DNA of 64,000 nucleotides from Eledone cirrhosa (Eukaryota): NCBI GenBank assembly GCA_964016885.1, contig CAXHJY010000718.1, positions 35,042 to 99,041 of the forward strand, read 5' to 3'. Shown piece by piece: positions 28,996 to 42,281 of this stretch (position 1 is its first letter; each line of letters starts with the position of its first letter). The notes under the pieces were generated by a model. It saw only the letters and a program-made list of their open reading frames with translations, ran no database searches and was not told where the DNA came from. The position numbers and the translations under genes were made by a program.

Positions 28996-30193
28996 ATCAC
29001 CATGTTGATCTTTTTTCGAGAGTGGTGAACTGGTGGGATCGGTAGAGTATCGGATAACATGTTTTGTGGTATATATTTACCTCCGTTTACTTTCTGAGTT
29101 CAAATCCCATCGAGGTTAGCTTATCCCTTTATCCTTATGGGAATGATAAAATAAAGTACCAGTAATTCCCTGGAGTTAGTTTAATGAACGTGATCATTTT
29201 AATATCACAATAAAGTCCATTGCCTCAATTCTCCTTCTTCTCTTCCTCTTTCTCCTTCTTAACTCTAGTATTTCTTGTTTCTTTGTTTTTAAGTTGGCGA
29301 AATTGTTGAAACCCTCAAATCTCTAGATTTATCCAGTGGCTGTGTCGGTGTTTGTGAAAATTTAGTCGATGGAATTTGGGAATTTCTTTGTTCCGGAGCT
29401 TGTAGATTGTAAGTAAAAAAATATTTTGCAAATAATATATTTACCCACTTTCTGTTACCTGTTTCTTCTTTGTCTTCTTCTCTTTGCCCACACATTCCTG
29501 AGAGGTTGTCCTGGGTATGACATTAAACTACATCCAGTGGCAAGGCTCCAGTTCGGGAGTTCAGGAGCTGTGGGGAATGTGTAGTTACCCTTTATTAGTT
29601 GTCATAACTCCCAGATCTGCTCTGGCCCGGAGTAGTAAGTAGTACCTGTTAGGGCCGCATTTATGGGTTAAATAACTACCTTATTCGAGTGGCGCCGGTA
29701 AGGTATTATCAGCCATTGAAGAAAAGAATTCCTGAGAAGATCATGGGGACAGTCCTCAAACATTCCTTCGAGCAGATCCTGTCAGAAGCAGCCATCGCCA
29801 ACTGAACCGGCTGGATCCGCAAGCAAGACCAGCCAAACCGATGGATGTTATCCAACCATCTAGCTCAGGGGTCTCCTCCTGGGTCTTCTTCGGTTGGTTT
29901 GGCCCATAAAATCTGTCCAGTGAGTCTTTCCTAAGATCTTCTAACCACATGCCCATAGCATCAGAGCTGTGATCTCTCAATTCTGTTATTTCTAGTAAAT
30001 TAGAAATAAAAATGAAGGCGTATGACTTAGTGGCTATAGCATTGGGCTTACACTCCGGATCATATATCGCAAATTACCTTCAGTCAAAGATTCTTTCTTA
30101 AACAAAACTATCATATTTACTTACATTTAATAACATGTATAAAATACAATTATAGATAATATTATTTAAACACCATTTTCTTATCTTATGAAG

Positions 30194-30276
30194 ACGCGTG
30201 TCTTTGTTGTCAGGGGTCATTGGACTCACGAATGAAGGTCAATAATTTTGGGATAGACAGCATGATGTGTTGTTGA
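30194..30276 (+). CDS. Candidate terminal exon of the secreted peptide (YACLCCQGSLDSRMKVNNFGIDSMMCC*)
   Basis: Pyrimidine tract + aag acceptor at 30193. Phase-compatible with the 25452 donor. Cys-rich frame ends in TGA. Confidence 0.4.
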
Positions 30277-30687
30277 ACAAATTAATTAAAGATAGTATCA
30301 GCAATGGAAAATTCAAAGAAAGACTGTTTACTTGATCCAATCCGACAATCAACTCTTTTACTTCTGCCAAGAGTTGCAGCAATTAGATAGCATCAATATC
30401 AACAGATCAATGGAAACATTGTTTCTTTGGTCCGAACTGATAATTGACTCCTTTTCTTCTACCAAGAGTTGCAACCGGCAGACACAATCAGCAATAAACT
30501 GCCTAATGGAAACATTATTTATTTGATTTAATCTGACAATTACCTCCTTACATCTCGACTGATCAGCAGACAGTTATAGCAATGAATAAACCAATGGAAA
30601 CATTGTTTCCTTGGTCCGATCAGACAATCACCTCCTTTCCTCTCTGCTGCCAGGAATTGTGATCGACACACAGTTACAGCAAAGGTG

Positions 30688-30933
30688 TAAGCGCATGGCT
30701 TAGTGGTTAGAGCATTGGGCTTGCAATCGAAAGGCTGTGAGTTCAATTCTCGGACCGGGTGATGTTTCGTTTCCTTGAGCAAGATACTTTATTTCACGTT
30801 GCTCCAGTTTAATCAGCTGTAGAAATGAGATGATCGGGACTGGGGTCCCTATCATTAAAATCACCCAAGACACTTCAAACGAGATATACCTTGGAGGATG
30901 CCAGCTAAACCTGCATAGGTGTGAGCTGTAACA
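30688..30933 (+). mobile_element. Second tRNA-derived SINE family
   Basis: tggcttagtggttagagc..gagttcaattctc head, ccttgagcaaga.actttattt central motif. Homolog at 47233-47452. Confidence 0.7.
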
Positions 30934-31004
30934 TACATACATACATACATACATACATACATACATACATACATACATACATACATACATACATACATAC
31001 ATAC

Positions 31005-31614
31005 ATGGTGGCTGCCAACTCGCTTTCGAGTACGGCCACTACTTTATATCCATGTAGGAGAACCCCTACCGATGCGCTGAACGAGTGTGACTTTTTAGTC
31101 CAGCCAGCGACTTGAAAACTCTGGTACAAACACTACACTTGTGACAATTATTGACACATAGTGCTGGGCCCATGGTACCATGTGACGACAAGTGCAGAGA
31201 GATCTCCAGATATAGAGCAATGCCTGTGCTGTGAAGCTTTTATAGTGAGCAAAGGCACTGCACAAAGTCAATCCCACTCTCTTAAACAAGATGATATTTA
31301 CCAAAAAGAAGAACAAGTCAATATCATTGGATACCATCAGGGTTGTAGCTGTTATATCAGAGTTTTCCTTCTCCTAGAATTCTGCCTTGACAAAGGCTAA
31401 GGGGTCATCTCTCCCAGTGATTTTGGATGGCCATTGACTCTTAAGAGCTCCTTCGCCCTTTGACAGGTTTTGTTTTTAGTCCTGCAGGATGTCCAAAGTC
31501 ACCCTCCTCACCAAGAAACCTTGGTGGGGTTGCCAGTTTAGTCGCCAACGACCCGACCATGAGACAGGTTGTACTGGGATACATGTTACCAGTAGCACCA
31601 ACTGGTGACCTGAC
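31005..31614 (-). mobile_element. Full-length copy of the bipartite RTE derivative
   Basis: Reverse complement of 7463-8035, flanked by (CATA)n. Confidence 0.75.
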
Positions 31615-31703
31615 ATACATACATACATACATACATGATGATGGCTGCCCCCTCGTTATCGAGTATGGCCATTGCACAAAAAAAAAAAAAAAAAAAAAAA
31701 AAA

Positions 31704-31737
<34 letters not shown>

Positions 31738-31816
31738 GCAATAATAATAATAACGACAACAACAATAATAATATACATATTCATATATATATACACACAC
31801 ACGCACGCACATAAGC

Positions 31817-31854
<38 letters not shown>

Positions 31855-32875
31855 GATAGCAACTAACAGTGCTGCGATCGAATGTGGCTTTTTAGCCCAG
31901 CCAATGATCTAAAATGTCTTGCACAGAGTCGGCAACCAAAACATTTACTGGGAATAGTCGGCTGTGGTTGGAGTTCGTGTACTTTTGCATGTCGCTTGAG
32001 TCCTCCTGCTGATTTACATTCTCTACCACATGTTTGGCAAGCATGATGAGTAGCATCTCCAACAGCAGCCTGGTAGTCAACCACTGGTCTTACTTTATGA
32101 CTGCGAAGATGACTTTCGAGTCCAGCTTTGCTTAGGCAGAGTCTCGCACAGACGCTGCATGTCAGAAACATAGGAGGACCCTCGCCGTCTGGAAGTGCAA
32201 CAGCAATACCCTTCCTCACGTCCCGCTTTACTTTCTCGTGTGCGATTCGAGATGCCTCAAAGGCAACTTTTCCCTCATATACAGTCTTTCTCCATTTATT
32301 ACGATCAGCAGCAATATTTTCCCATGTATCAGCAGAGATGTTAGCGTCTTTCAGAGAGGCCTTCAAGGAATCCTTATACCTCTTTTTTGGTTTATGTGGC
32401 GGTCGTTTTCCTTTAACCAACTCTCCATAGAAGAGTTGTTTTGGTATTCTAGAATCCTTCATCCTGGCAAGGTGACCACTCCAACGGAGTCGCTGCTTAA
32501 GCACAAGAGCTTCTATACTGTCACACATAGAGCTTTCCAAAATCTCGACATCACTGATGTGGTCCCTCCAGCGAACGCCATGTATCCGTCTGAGACACAT
32601 CTGATGGAAACGCTCCAATTGCTTAAGGTGGCGTCGATATGTGACCCAGGTCTCGCAGGCATAAAGAAGACAAGAGAGTACACATGCCCTGTACACCTTT
32701 ACCTTTGTCCTCCTGCATATGTCTCGCCGACCCCAGAGTCGCCTTTCTAGCTTTCCGAAAGCATCACTTGCTTTCCTAATCCTAAGTGAGATTTCACCGT
32801 CAAGGTTGCCGTATCGATTGACAGTGCTTCCCAGGTAGACAAACTGATCAACCACTCCAAGTCGTTTGCCATACA
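31615..32875 (-). mobile_element. 5'-truncated RTE LINE with microsatellite-rich 3' UTR and (TATG)n tail
   Basis: ORF above. Minus-strand 3' end tggccatactcgataacgagggggcagccatcatc followed by (TATG)n. Confidence 0.85.
31863..32870 (-). CDS. C-terminal part of RTE/BovB-like LINE ORF with three C2H2 zinc fingers
   Basis: FVYLGS, LLYACETW, RLRWSGHLARM..RIPKQLFYGEL, then CSVC..HLRSH, CQTC..HAKVH, CRLC..HIRSQH. Confidence 0.9.
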   Translation of the reverse strand, partial: GKRLGVVDQFVYLGSTVNRYGNLDGEISLRIRKASDAFGKLERRLWGRRDICRRTKVKVYRACVLSCLLYACETWVTYRRHLKQLERFHQMCLRRIHGVRWRDHISDVEILESSMCDSIEALVLKQRLRWSGHLARMKDSRIPKQLFYGELVKGKRPPHKPKKRYKDSLKASLKDANISADTWENIAADRNKWRKTVYEGKVAFEASRIAHEKVKRDVRKGIAVALPDGEGPPMFLTCSVCARLCLSKAGLESHLRSHKVRPVVDYQAAVGDATHHACQTCGRECKSAGGLKRHAKVHELQPQPTIPSKCFGCRLCARHFRSLAGLKSHIRSQHC

Positions 32876-33716
32876 CATACATACATACATATATACATAC
32901 ATACATACATACATACATATACATATAGCAATGAATAAACCAATGCAAACATTGTTTCCTTGGTCCTATCTGACAATTGCCACCTATTGTTTCTTCTTTC
33001 CAGAGTTGTGACCAGTAGATAATATTAATATAGACAGATCAATCTAAGCATTGTTTCCTTGGTCCGAGCAACTCCTTTACTTTTCCTTAGTTTTCAATTA
33101 ATGTTATCGTTTCCATATTAAATATATTTCATTCTTCTATTTCTCTTCAATTATTACAGAGCTCTGGGGAAATAAATATTTCTGAAGAACTAAATGGAAG
33201 ATTGCAGTAAAGAAATAAAAGAGTAACAAAATATTTTATTTGGTTAACCTGTTTCTGTTGTGTTTTATTAACAAATATTATTTCAATAACCTCTTTTATG
33301 GTTTCTACTTATTCACAGATACTAATTCTTTAATATATAATACATATGAAAATGAGAAATTTCATCACTAAAACAACTGTTAAACAGCTAAATACTGTCA
33401 AAAACAGCTACGGGCAAAAATGTCTCACAAGACAGGGATCAGCTGTTTCTTTCCATCAATATCCTTCCCCTTGTCCTCTTCCTCTTTCAATCTTTTCTAT
33501 ATTTCATCTGCCGGTCACCCACCTTGTGGGTTGTCTCTGTTGTTCGTATATACATATATATATATATTATATATATAGGCAAAGTCAACCTCGGCGGGAT
33601 CTGGGTTCAAATCCCGCCGAGGTTGACTTTGCCTTTCATCCTTACGGGGTCGATATAATAAAATACCAGTAATCCACTGGGTAATTGCTGGCCTTGTGCC
33701 TAAAGTATAAAACAAT

Positions 33717-33773
<57 letters not shown>

Positions 33774-33828
33774 GCAGTGGAAGTAATATCCGTAGTGGTA
33801 GAGCACTCAATCCATGGGTTGAGTTTGG

Positions 33829-34063
<235 letters not shown>

Positions 34064-34064
34064 T

Positions 34065-34324
34065 TAACGAAGGAACTGTGGTAAGGAACCAGATAGACCA
34101 TAAGGCACCAGACTACACAATACTTAGGGTAGTAGAGTGGGTAATAGGAAAAAGTATGGCCCCGATGGCAAAGCTGAAGCCGAACTTGTCAAGTGGTACT
34201 TCCTTATATAAGGAAGTACCCCTTCACAAGTTCGGCTATTTATTTACCAGGCTAAAAATTCTAATTTAGTCCAGAAATAGCCGTCGAAACGGCTTGAGCT
34301 CTGCCGTCGGAGCCATACTTTTTC

Positions 34325-34327
<3 letters not shown>
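34065..34327. mobile_element. Family A copy with longer internal segment
   Basis: Arms plus internal hairpins. cggctattt...aaatagccgtcGAAAC at about 34233-34290. Confidence 0.7.
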
Positions 34328-34373
<46 letters not shown>

Positions 34374-34376
<3 letters not shown>

Positions 34377-34575
34377 TGGCTGCCCACTCGTTTTCGAGTA
34401 CGGCCACTACTTTATATCCATGTAGGAGAACCCCTACCGAAGCGCTGAGCGAGTGTGTCTTTTTAGTCCAGCCAGCGACTTGAAAACTCTGGTACAAACA
34501 CTACACTTGTGACAATTATTGACACATAGTGCTGGGCCCATGGTACCATGTGACGACAAGTGCAGAGAGATCTCA
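34374..34575 (-). mobile_element. 3' fragment of the bipartite RTE derivative
   Basis: Homology to 31005-31205. Confidence 0.7.
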
Positions 34576-34580
34576 CTTGT

Positions 34581-34636
<56 letters not shown>

Positions 34637-35268
34637 ATCAATGGCCACTGGTCTCTGAGGTTTTTTTGACAATCGCTGTGTTTGACAAAATTCAGCTGTT
34701 TTAACCACTGTTCTAATGATGAGTTTTCTCATTTTCTATGTATTCAAATACAATTGCGCTTCGTCTCGATCAGAGACAATATCGGGGTTTTATTGTTGTT
34801 TTTTTGGCGGGGGGGGGGGTCATTTATCTTGAATATATTCATCAGTTGTATATTGGGGTGGCTTAGAGTTTGACGTCAGTCTTACAATATACACCGATAT
34901 TTGGGAGACCCAACTACAGAAACAAATATTTGGATAGATCATTGGTGTTGTATCCTGAATTTAGTGGGGGGGAGGGGGGGCAGATCACAGCCATCACTAG
35001 GTCTGTTTGGAAAGATGTTATGCTACAATTCGCCATGTGCCCCCTAAAATATGCATGGATTCAAATGGGAATCACTTGGAACTCTACCCCTCTCTCTCTC
35101 TCTCTCTCTCTCTTACTCTCTCTCACTCTCTCTCTCACTCTCTCTTTCCACACATACACACACACACATATATATATATATATACATACATATATACACA
35201 TATACAGGGTGGCCAAAAAACATTCATACACACTTTAATTACCTGCACAGGCATTTTTAGAGGACAAC

Positions 35269-35368
<100 letters not shown>

Positions 35369-35375
35369 TGAGTGA

Positions 35376-35493
<118 letters not shown>

Positions 35494-36035
35494 TTGAGAT
35501 TGGCTAAAACAACGCCGTGTTGCAACATGGCTGCCGTCTACTGACTGTAATCAGCAAAATAAGAATATGATATTTGGTAAACAAAATCTGACACGGTACC
35601 AAATTCAAGGGAGGCAACCAAACTTTTACAGAGTTCTTTCCCATAGATAACATATTTTATGCCATTTTTCATACACAAGATTAACATATTCCTTACACGT
35701 TAAATTTTCTTTGGCTTGGAAAATACTCCATTTTACTAATCAAAATTATGATTTGTAATCAAGTAATTTCAAATATGTTTTCATTCCCTTTGTTTTGGCT
35801 AACTAAATCTAAGCCAGATTTTTTTGTTTATTCTTTCTTCCTATCTCTTGGTACGGTGTGGAGGTTGGCATGTGTCATTATGTTGTCTATACCTTTATTA
35901 TGATGGCGACCCTAAATACGCCTCTCTTTCTACGACATAAAGTGTTTATAATTATCTAAAACACTCCCGTCGTGGCTCTTTGTAAGAGGCTTTGTTAAAT
36001 TATTAACCAGCTTAATAGTAAGGAAATTGGTTATA

Positions 36036-36752
36036 TTATTAAATTAACCGGGCGGTGGATTGGAAGTATCTGTAGAGGGCTGGAGGATATGCCTTGCACC
36101 ATAGAGTTACGCCCCTTTCCATTCTGAGTTCAAATCCCGCCGAGGTTAACTTTGCCTTTCATCCTTACGGGTCGATAAAATAAAATACCAGTAATCCACT
36201 GGGTAATTGCTGGCCTTGTGCCAAAAGTAGAAACTATTATTAAATTAACGGGGCAGTGGATTGGCAGTATCGGAGGAGGGTTGGAGGCCATGATTTGCAG
36301 CATAGAGTTACGGCCATTTACGGTCTGAGTTCAAATCTCGTTTATCCATTAACTCGGACCCCAAAGGCCACGGTCCTTCACACTAACTTAATTGTTTCTA
36401 CATTTTGAACAAGACCAGCAATTTGAAAGGGAGGGTATAGTCGATTATATCGACTCCACTGCGTTACTGGTACTTTATTCATCGACCATGTAAGGATGAA
36501 AGGCAAAGCTTGACTCAGAATATAAATTGCAATAATTCTATGGTGCAAAGCATGGCGTCCGACGCTCTACCGATACTTCCAATCCACCGCCATAGTTCAT
36601 ACACAGTACATTACTGGTACTTTGTTTTATCGATCCCATAAGGATGAAAGGCAAAGTTAACCTCAGCGGGATTTGAACTCGGTCCGTAAAGGGACGTAAC
36701 TGTGCTGCAAAGCATTGCGTCCGACCCTCTCCCGATACTGCCAATCCACCAC
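36036..36752. mobile_element. Cluster of OK-like SINEs in both orientations
   Basis: Family homology. Confidence 0.75.
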
Positions 36753-36988
36753 CTATAGATCTAAAAATAGTGACACTATAGTTGATTGCTGTGTATTTGA
36801 GTTAGCAACAAATAGTATTATGTAAATGCTATTGTTTATATTTGAAAACATATTATGGCGTTCAGAACAGGAAATGTCACGTGTGTTCTCTTGTTGGCTC
36901 AGGCACTGAAAACTGTGGATAGCTGCTTACACAATAAGTTGAAATATAATGACAGGAAAAAGAAAGTTTATTTTTGCTGAATGTGACA

Positions 36989-37110
<122 letters not shown>

Positions 37111-37233
37111 AGGTGAGTTTTATTGTAGTACAATAAAGCAATGCAGATATCGGATAGGAAGCACTCTACAGTTTGTAGGACTGAAGTATACATAATATAT
37201 AAGATCAAAAGATGGTTAAAGGAGTTCCATGTA

Positions 37234-37300
37234 TTTTATTATGCGCATTTCAAAAACAAACATCATCATGCAATAATATTTGTGTTTTCATCAGATAAAA
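37234..37300 (-). ncRNA. Hammerhead motif, family C (mirror arm)
   Basis: Reverse complement of 37433-37499. Confidence 0.8.
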
Positions 37301-37432
37301 CAGGAGAACATGATATGAAGGCTAAAAAACACTTGTGGATAGTGCAGTTTTAAATCAACATATCAACATATATGTTGATTTAAAACTGCACTATCCACAA
37401 GTGTTTTTTAGCCTTCATATCATGTTCTCCTG

Positions 37433-37499
37433 TTTTATCTGATGAAAACACAAATATTATTGCATGATGATGTTTGTTTTTGAAATGCGCATAATAAAA
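37433..37499 (+). ncRNA. Minimal type-I hammerhead ribozyme motif (family C)
   Basis: ttttat-CTGATGA-stem II-GAAA-TGCGCA-TA-ataaaa. 6-bp stem I, palindromic stem III, predicted cut after 37493. Confidence 0.8.
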
Positions 37500-37529
37500 T
37501 ACATGGAACTCCTTTAACCATCTTTTTAT

Positions 37530-37633
<104 letters not shown>

Positions 37634-38002
37634 CGTGTGTGTATGTGTGTATATAAATATGTGTGTTTATATGAGTGTGGGTGTGTATTTACACACACAC
37701 ACATATATATATATATATGGAGAATAGGGTGGCTGTATAGTTGCTAGTTAAGGTAGGCTTAAAATCAAGAAGAAAGCAAGAACGGAGGGCGGGGGGGTCC
37801 TCATCAGTTGTCTACTGGGTGTCTCGGATATTTCAACACTTTAAAGACAATATATCTACTCCCAGCGCGTTCAATAACCGGGTAAGTTATTGGGAAAACG
37901 GAGGAGAGATGGAAGGAAAATAGAATGGAAAAGGGAAAAAAAGGGAAGAAAAGAGAAAAACAGTGAAAAAAATAACAAACCGGAGAATGTGCGAATATAT
38001 AT

Positions 38003-38042
<40 letters not shown>

Positions 38043-38207
38043 TCGCACATTCTAGTAACATGTAAATAAACAAATAAATAAACAAATAAAAACATACACA
38101 GACACCCGGATGTAACAGATGCGCAAACAAAGCACACAACACACATAAAAACAAGATGGCGTAGGACAGAACAAAGGAGAGGCACAAAACAAAGAGAAGA
38201 ATCCCCA

Positions 38208-38250
38208 GTCACTGAAGAGATCACAGAATGTGTGACGAAAGAACTTTGAC
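38208..38250 (+). ncRNA. Minimal type-I hammerhead ribozyme motif (family D)
   Basis: gtca-CTGAAGA-g(a)tcaca gaatg tgtgac-GAAA-gaac-TT-tgac. Stems I and II pair. Confidence 0.72.
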
Positions 38251-38564
38251 AATATATGAACAACCGTCAGGTTGTGGAACCAACCAACCAAGCGGAAATT
38301 TATAAATTCTTAAATTTATAAATTTAATTTATAATAAATTGGAGTGAAAGCAACTGGTGCGTGTGTTTCTAATTGTCAACATGACCCTCCCAAACTATAA
38401 CAATATATATATATATATATATATGAATAAATTTAGTCCTTCATCAGTGATCTTCCAGCCTTCATTGGTATTTCATCGCATTAAAGACCATATACCTCTG
38501 GTTGGTGCGAGCAACGGCTAAAGAAAGCCGTTGGGACACGTAAATAGGAGGAACGAGCGAGACA

Positions 38565-38608
<44 letters not shown>

Positions 38609-38680
38609 GGAGCTTCCAACAGTAATGCATTTTTTATGGGTATGTCAATATTTATCTATAAAACTGCTCTATATTATATT

Positions 38681-38734
38681 TTATCTGATGAAAGCACACT
38701 ATAATTTAACTTGATGTCCTTGAAATATGTATAA
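38681..38734 (+). ncRNA. Hammerhead motif (family B)
   Basis: Homolog of 43261-43314. Confidence 0.6.
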
Positions 38735-38780
38735 TGAAATAAATATGGTTTTATAAATATAGTTTCCATTTGTTAATATC

Positions 38781-38833
<53 letters not shown>

Positions 38834-38956
38834 GGAGGTGAGTTTTATTGTAGTACAATAAAGCAATGCAGATATCGGATAAGAAGCACTCTACAGTTTG
38901 TAGGACTGGAGTATGCATAATATAAGATCAAAAGATGGTTAAAGGAGTTCCATGTA

Positions 38957-39023
38957 TTTTATTATGCGCATTTCAAAAACAAACATCATCATGCAATAAT
39001 ATTTGTGTTTTCATCAGATAAAA
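38957..39023 (-). ncRNA. Hammerhead motif, family C
   Basis: Same sequence as 37234-37300. Confidence 0.8.
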
Positions 39024-39853
39024 CAGGAGAACATATGAAGGCTAAAAAACACTTGTGGATAGTGCAGTTTTAAATCTACATATGAAAAGTGGTTTTAGAT
39101 TGATGTGTGATATTGGGAAAAATATTTTATTTAGAGAGGGGGGGAGTGGAAAGGATGAAAAAGGGGGAGGAGATGAGAGGGAGAGATGGGTGATAGAGAG
39201 AAAGAGATAGCTTTTATAACTGAGAGGAGATATACTGTCCCACACAGAGAGGTTGAAAACCGTTGGAAGATAATGTATAAACCCCAAAAAAATGTTTGAA
39301 AATCAACGAAAGGAGGATATGTGCGAGGAAAAAGTATTTTATTTAAGGAGGGGGGCTGGAAAGGATGAAAAAAAGGGGGAGGAGATGAGAGTGAAGGTGG
39401 AGAGGGAGAGATGGGCGATAGAGAGAAAGAGATAGTTTTTATAACTGAGAGAAAGATACATTGCCTTACACAGAGAGGTTGAGAAACCGTTGGAAGATAA
39501 TGTATAAATTAAAGGAATTTGAAAATTAACGAAGAGAATTTATGTATGAAGATAGAGAGAAGAAATAATAATTGTGGATGAATATTCTAACGTCAAAAAA
39601 AGGGTATGTTGTGGCAATTTCAAAATTAACGAAGAGAAAAATTATTAAGGTTTGTGTGTAGAAGGATTTGAGAAAAATAATGTGAAGTTAAAGTTTGTAT
39701 ATTGGAGGAATTGATAATATATGCGAATAGAGTTAATATGTATTAAGAATGAGTTCGTTGATATCACACATCAATCTAAAACCACTTTTCATATGTAGAT
39801 TTAAAACTGCACTATCCACAAGTGTTTTTTAGCCTTCATATCATGTTCTCCTG

Positions 39854-39920
39854 TTTTATCTGATGAAAACACAAATATTATTGCATGATGATGTTTGTTT
39901 TTGAAATGCGCATAATAAAA
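39854..39920 (+). ncRNA. Hammerhead motif, family C
   Basis: Same sequence as 37433-37499. Confidence 0.8.
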
Positions 39921-39952
39921 TACATGGAACTCCTTTAACCATCTTTTGATCT

Positions 39953-39998
<46 letters not shown>

Positions 39999-41739
39999 AA
40001 GGCGGGTAAAATTCCCGAGATCTATGGACGAGTCCTCTCCAGCGGTCTCTGTCCCTCATTATCGCTGCCATATCCTCCATCTCCAACAGACCAGTGTCTG
40101 TCCTTAGGGCATCAACATATGTTAACCTTGGTCTTCCTCTTCTAGTGTGTCCATGTAGGGGCTCCCAAAGGAGCACTGAGTTAACATATATATATATATA
40201 AGTAAGGGGCTGTTAAACCCACTTAAAAGGGAGCTGTAACAACAACACGTAGAGTGTCAATATGACTATCTTTAAAACTCTTATGAGATGTAACTTCGTA
40301 GGGGGCAGTTAAACTTACATCAGTGTGAGCTGTAAATCTCATTTTTATTTCATCTATTGTCCTCAAGGGTAATCTAAAACATTCAACAGAACAGCAAATA
40401 TATTATTGTTGCTCTGCCTTTTACAGATCTTACAAGATGTTTTGATTAATTTGATAATGTCAAACTAAATTAATGGCAAATATGATGCAATATACTAGTT
40501 AACGTGATAATTAGATGAAGCTTTATAGAAAACTCATCAAGACACAATCACCTTATAGATGTATCTTTGAACAGAGCCATTTCTGATAAACACATTACGA
40601 GTATTAATAATCTATTTTCTCAAAATTTAAACAACTTCGCCAATTTGATTAAACACGAGTATAATAATGTAAAGACAATTTTTCATTTCTTTTCTCAATA
40701 GATTATATATTCGATGAGTTATTTAGGTAATTAACTGTTTTCTATAATTGGTTGATTTCTATAATTGGTTATTTATTCCCAAGTCAACGTTAATTAAGCA
40801 AGTCTATCACTTAAAACAACTTAAATTTGAATACCACACGTTTTCTCTCAGACATTCTAAGACTAGATATTATTTCGCTGCTATTTTATAAAAGAACCAG
40901 CAACCATGGAATACCGCACCTCGCCCTCTTTGGTTCGTACCATCTACGATGGTTGGAATGCAGAGTCGTTAGAACGTCGGATAGAATGCTTTATAGTATT
41001 CGTTCCAGTTCTCTGTTCTCTGAGTTCAAAAATCCCACCGAGGTTAACTTTGCCTTTCATCCGTTCGAGGTTGATTTAAAAACAAGTACCAGTCGAGTAC
41101 TGGGATTGATTCTTCCTCTATATCTCTTTCTCATTTCCTCTCTCTCACGTTTTTATCTTTTTTTTTTTTTTTCTGGAAGAAATCTGCTGTCCTCAGGCCT
41201 GGAGAGGGGTGGGTTCCGCCAGGCTTAAAATGCCCCCCGAAATGCTGTGTGTCAATACGGCGCCCCTAGGACTCTATCAGGAATTACAGAACCATGAATA
41301 CATACTTAGGATGAATTATACTTTATTAATGAAGTAGGCGGAGAATTTAGCAGACTCATTAGAGTGTCAATACAATACACTGTCTTGCGGTAATTACTTC
41401 GGCTCTTTGTGCTATGAGTGGGGTGGAGAGGGCTCTGTCAGGTTTAAATATTAGGACGGCGCATCTATGAATCCATCAGGGTTTCTGGGGCCATAGATAG
41501 TTTTTATTTAATGGTATCTATCTATGTTTTACCTCACAAAATAACATTTCAGACAGTATTTGTGATAAATACGGCACAACTACATTTTTGAAAAACGGCT
41601 TTTGATGACGTGGGGGAAATTGGCAGCGTCTGTAGATCATCGATTTAAATGTCTCTCTATTGAATCGAAGTCCTGACCATATGATCGTTAGCCGAACACC
41701 CTAAACACGAAGCCACACGCCTTTACTTAAAAATATAAT

Positions 41740-41927
41740 AATTGTTTCTACTTTGGCACAAGGCCAGCAATTACCCAGTACATTACTGGTACTTTATTTT
41801 ATCGACCCCCGTAAGGATGAAAGGCAAAGTTAACCTCGGTGGGATTTGAACTCAGACCGTAAAGGGACGTAACTATGCTGGAAAGCATGGCGTCCGAGCC
41901 TCTACCGATACTGCCAATCCACCGCCC
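41740..41927 (-). mobile_element. OK-like SINE
   Basis: Family homology. Confidence 0.8.
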
Positions 41928-42238
41928 TAATATATATATAATAATGTGTACCATTAAATAGAACCAAATTTAATTAGCTTATAGAAGTACATCAAACAGG
42001 AAGAAAATTATAAGGAAGCTAGCTAAACCAGACGAAGGAAACCATAAAATACCAACATTTCATCTTCAGCAACATCTGAAGTTATGCATATGTATTGGAA
42101 TATGGGAATGAAAAGAAGGGAAACAAAATTTTGACACGCTCTGGAACATTCTTGAACGATAGAAGCCTTATATGGAGATCGTTAGAAATTACAGCTTTTA
42201 CTGGACGTTAAATGATCACAGTTTTACACACATTTACA

Positions 42239-42278
<40 letters not shown>

Positions 42279-42281
<3 letters not shown>

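Larger units (their letters stand above)
38833..39960. mobile_element. Family C element, inverted arms around a ~650-bp spacer
   Basis: Arms at about 38917-39112 and 39761-39960. Purine-rich spacer with internal duplication. Confidence 0.8.

Noticed and set aside
39112-39761. GIY-YIG or RT coding remnant in the family C spacer
   Set aside because: No recognisable motif. No autonomous PLE ORF is visible anywhere in the window, so the PLE assignment rests on ribozyme and structure only.
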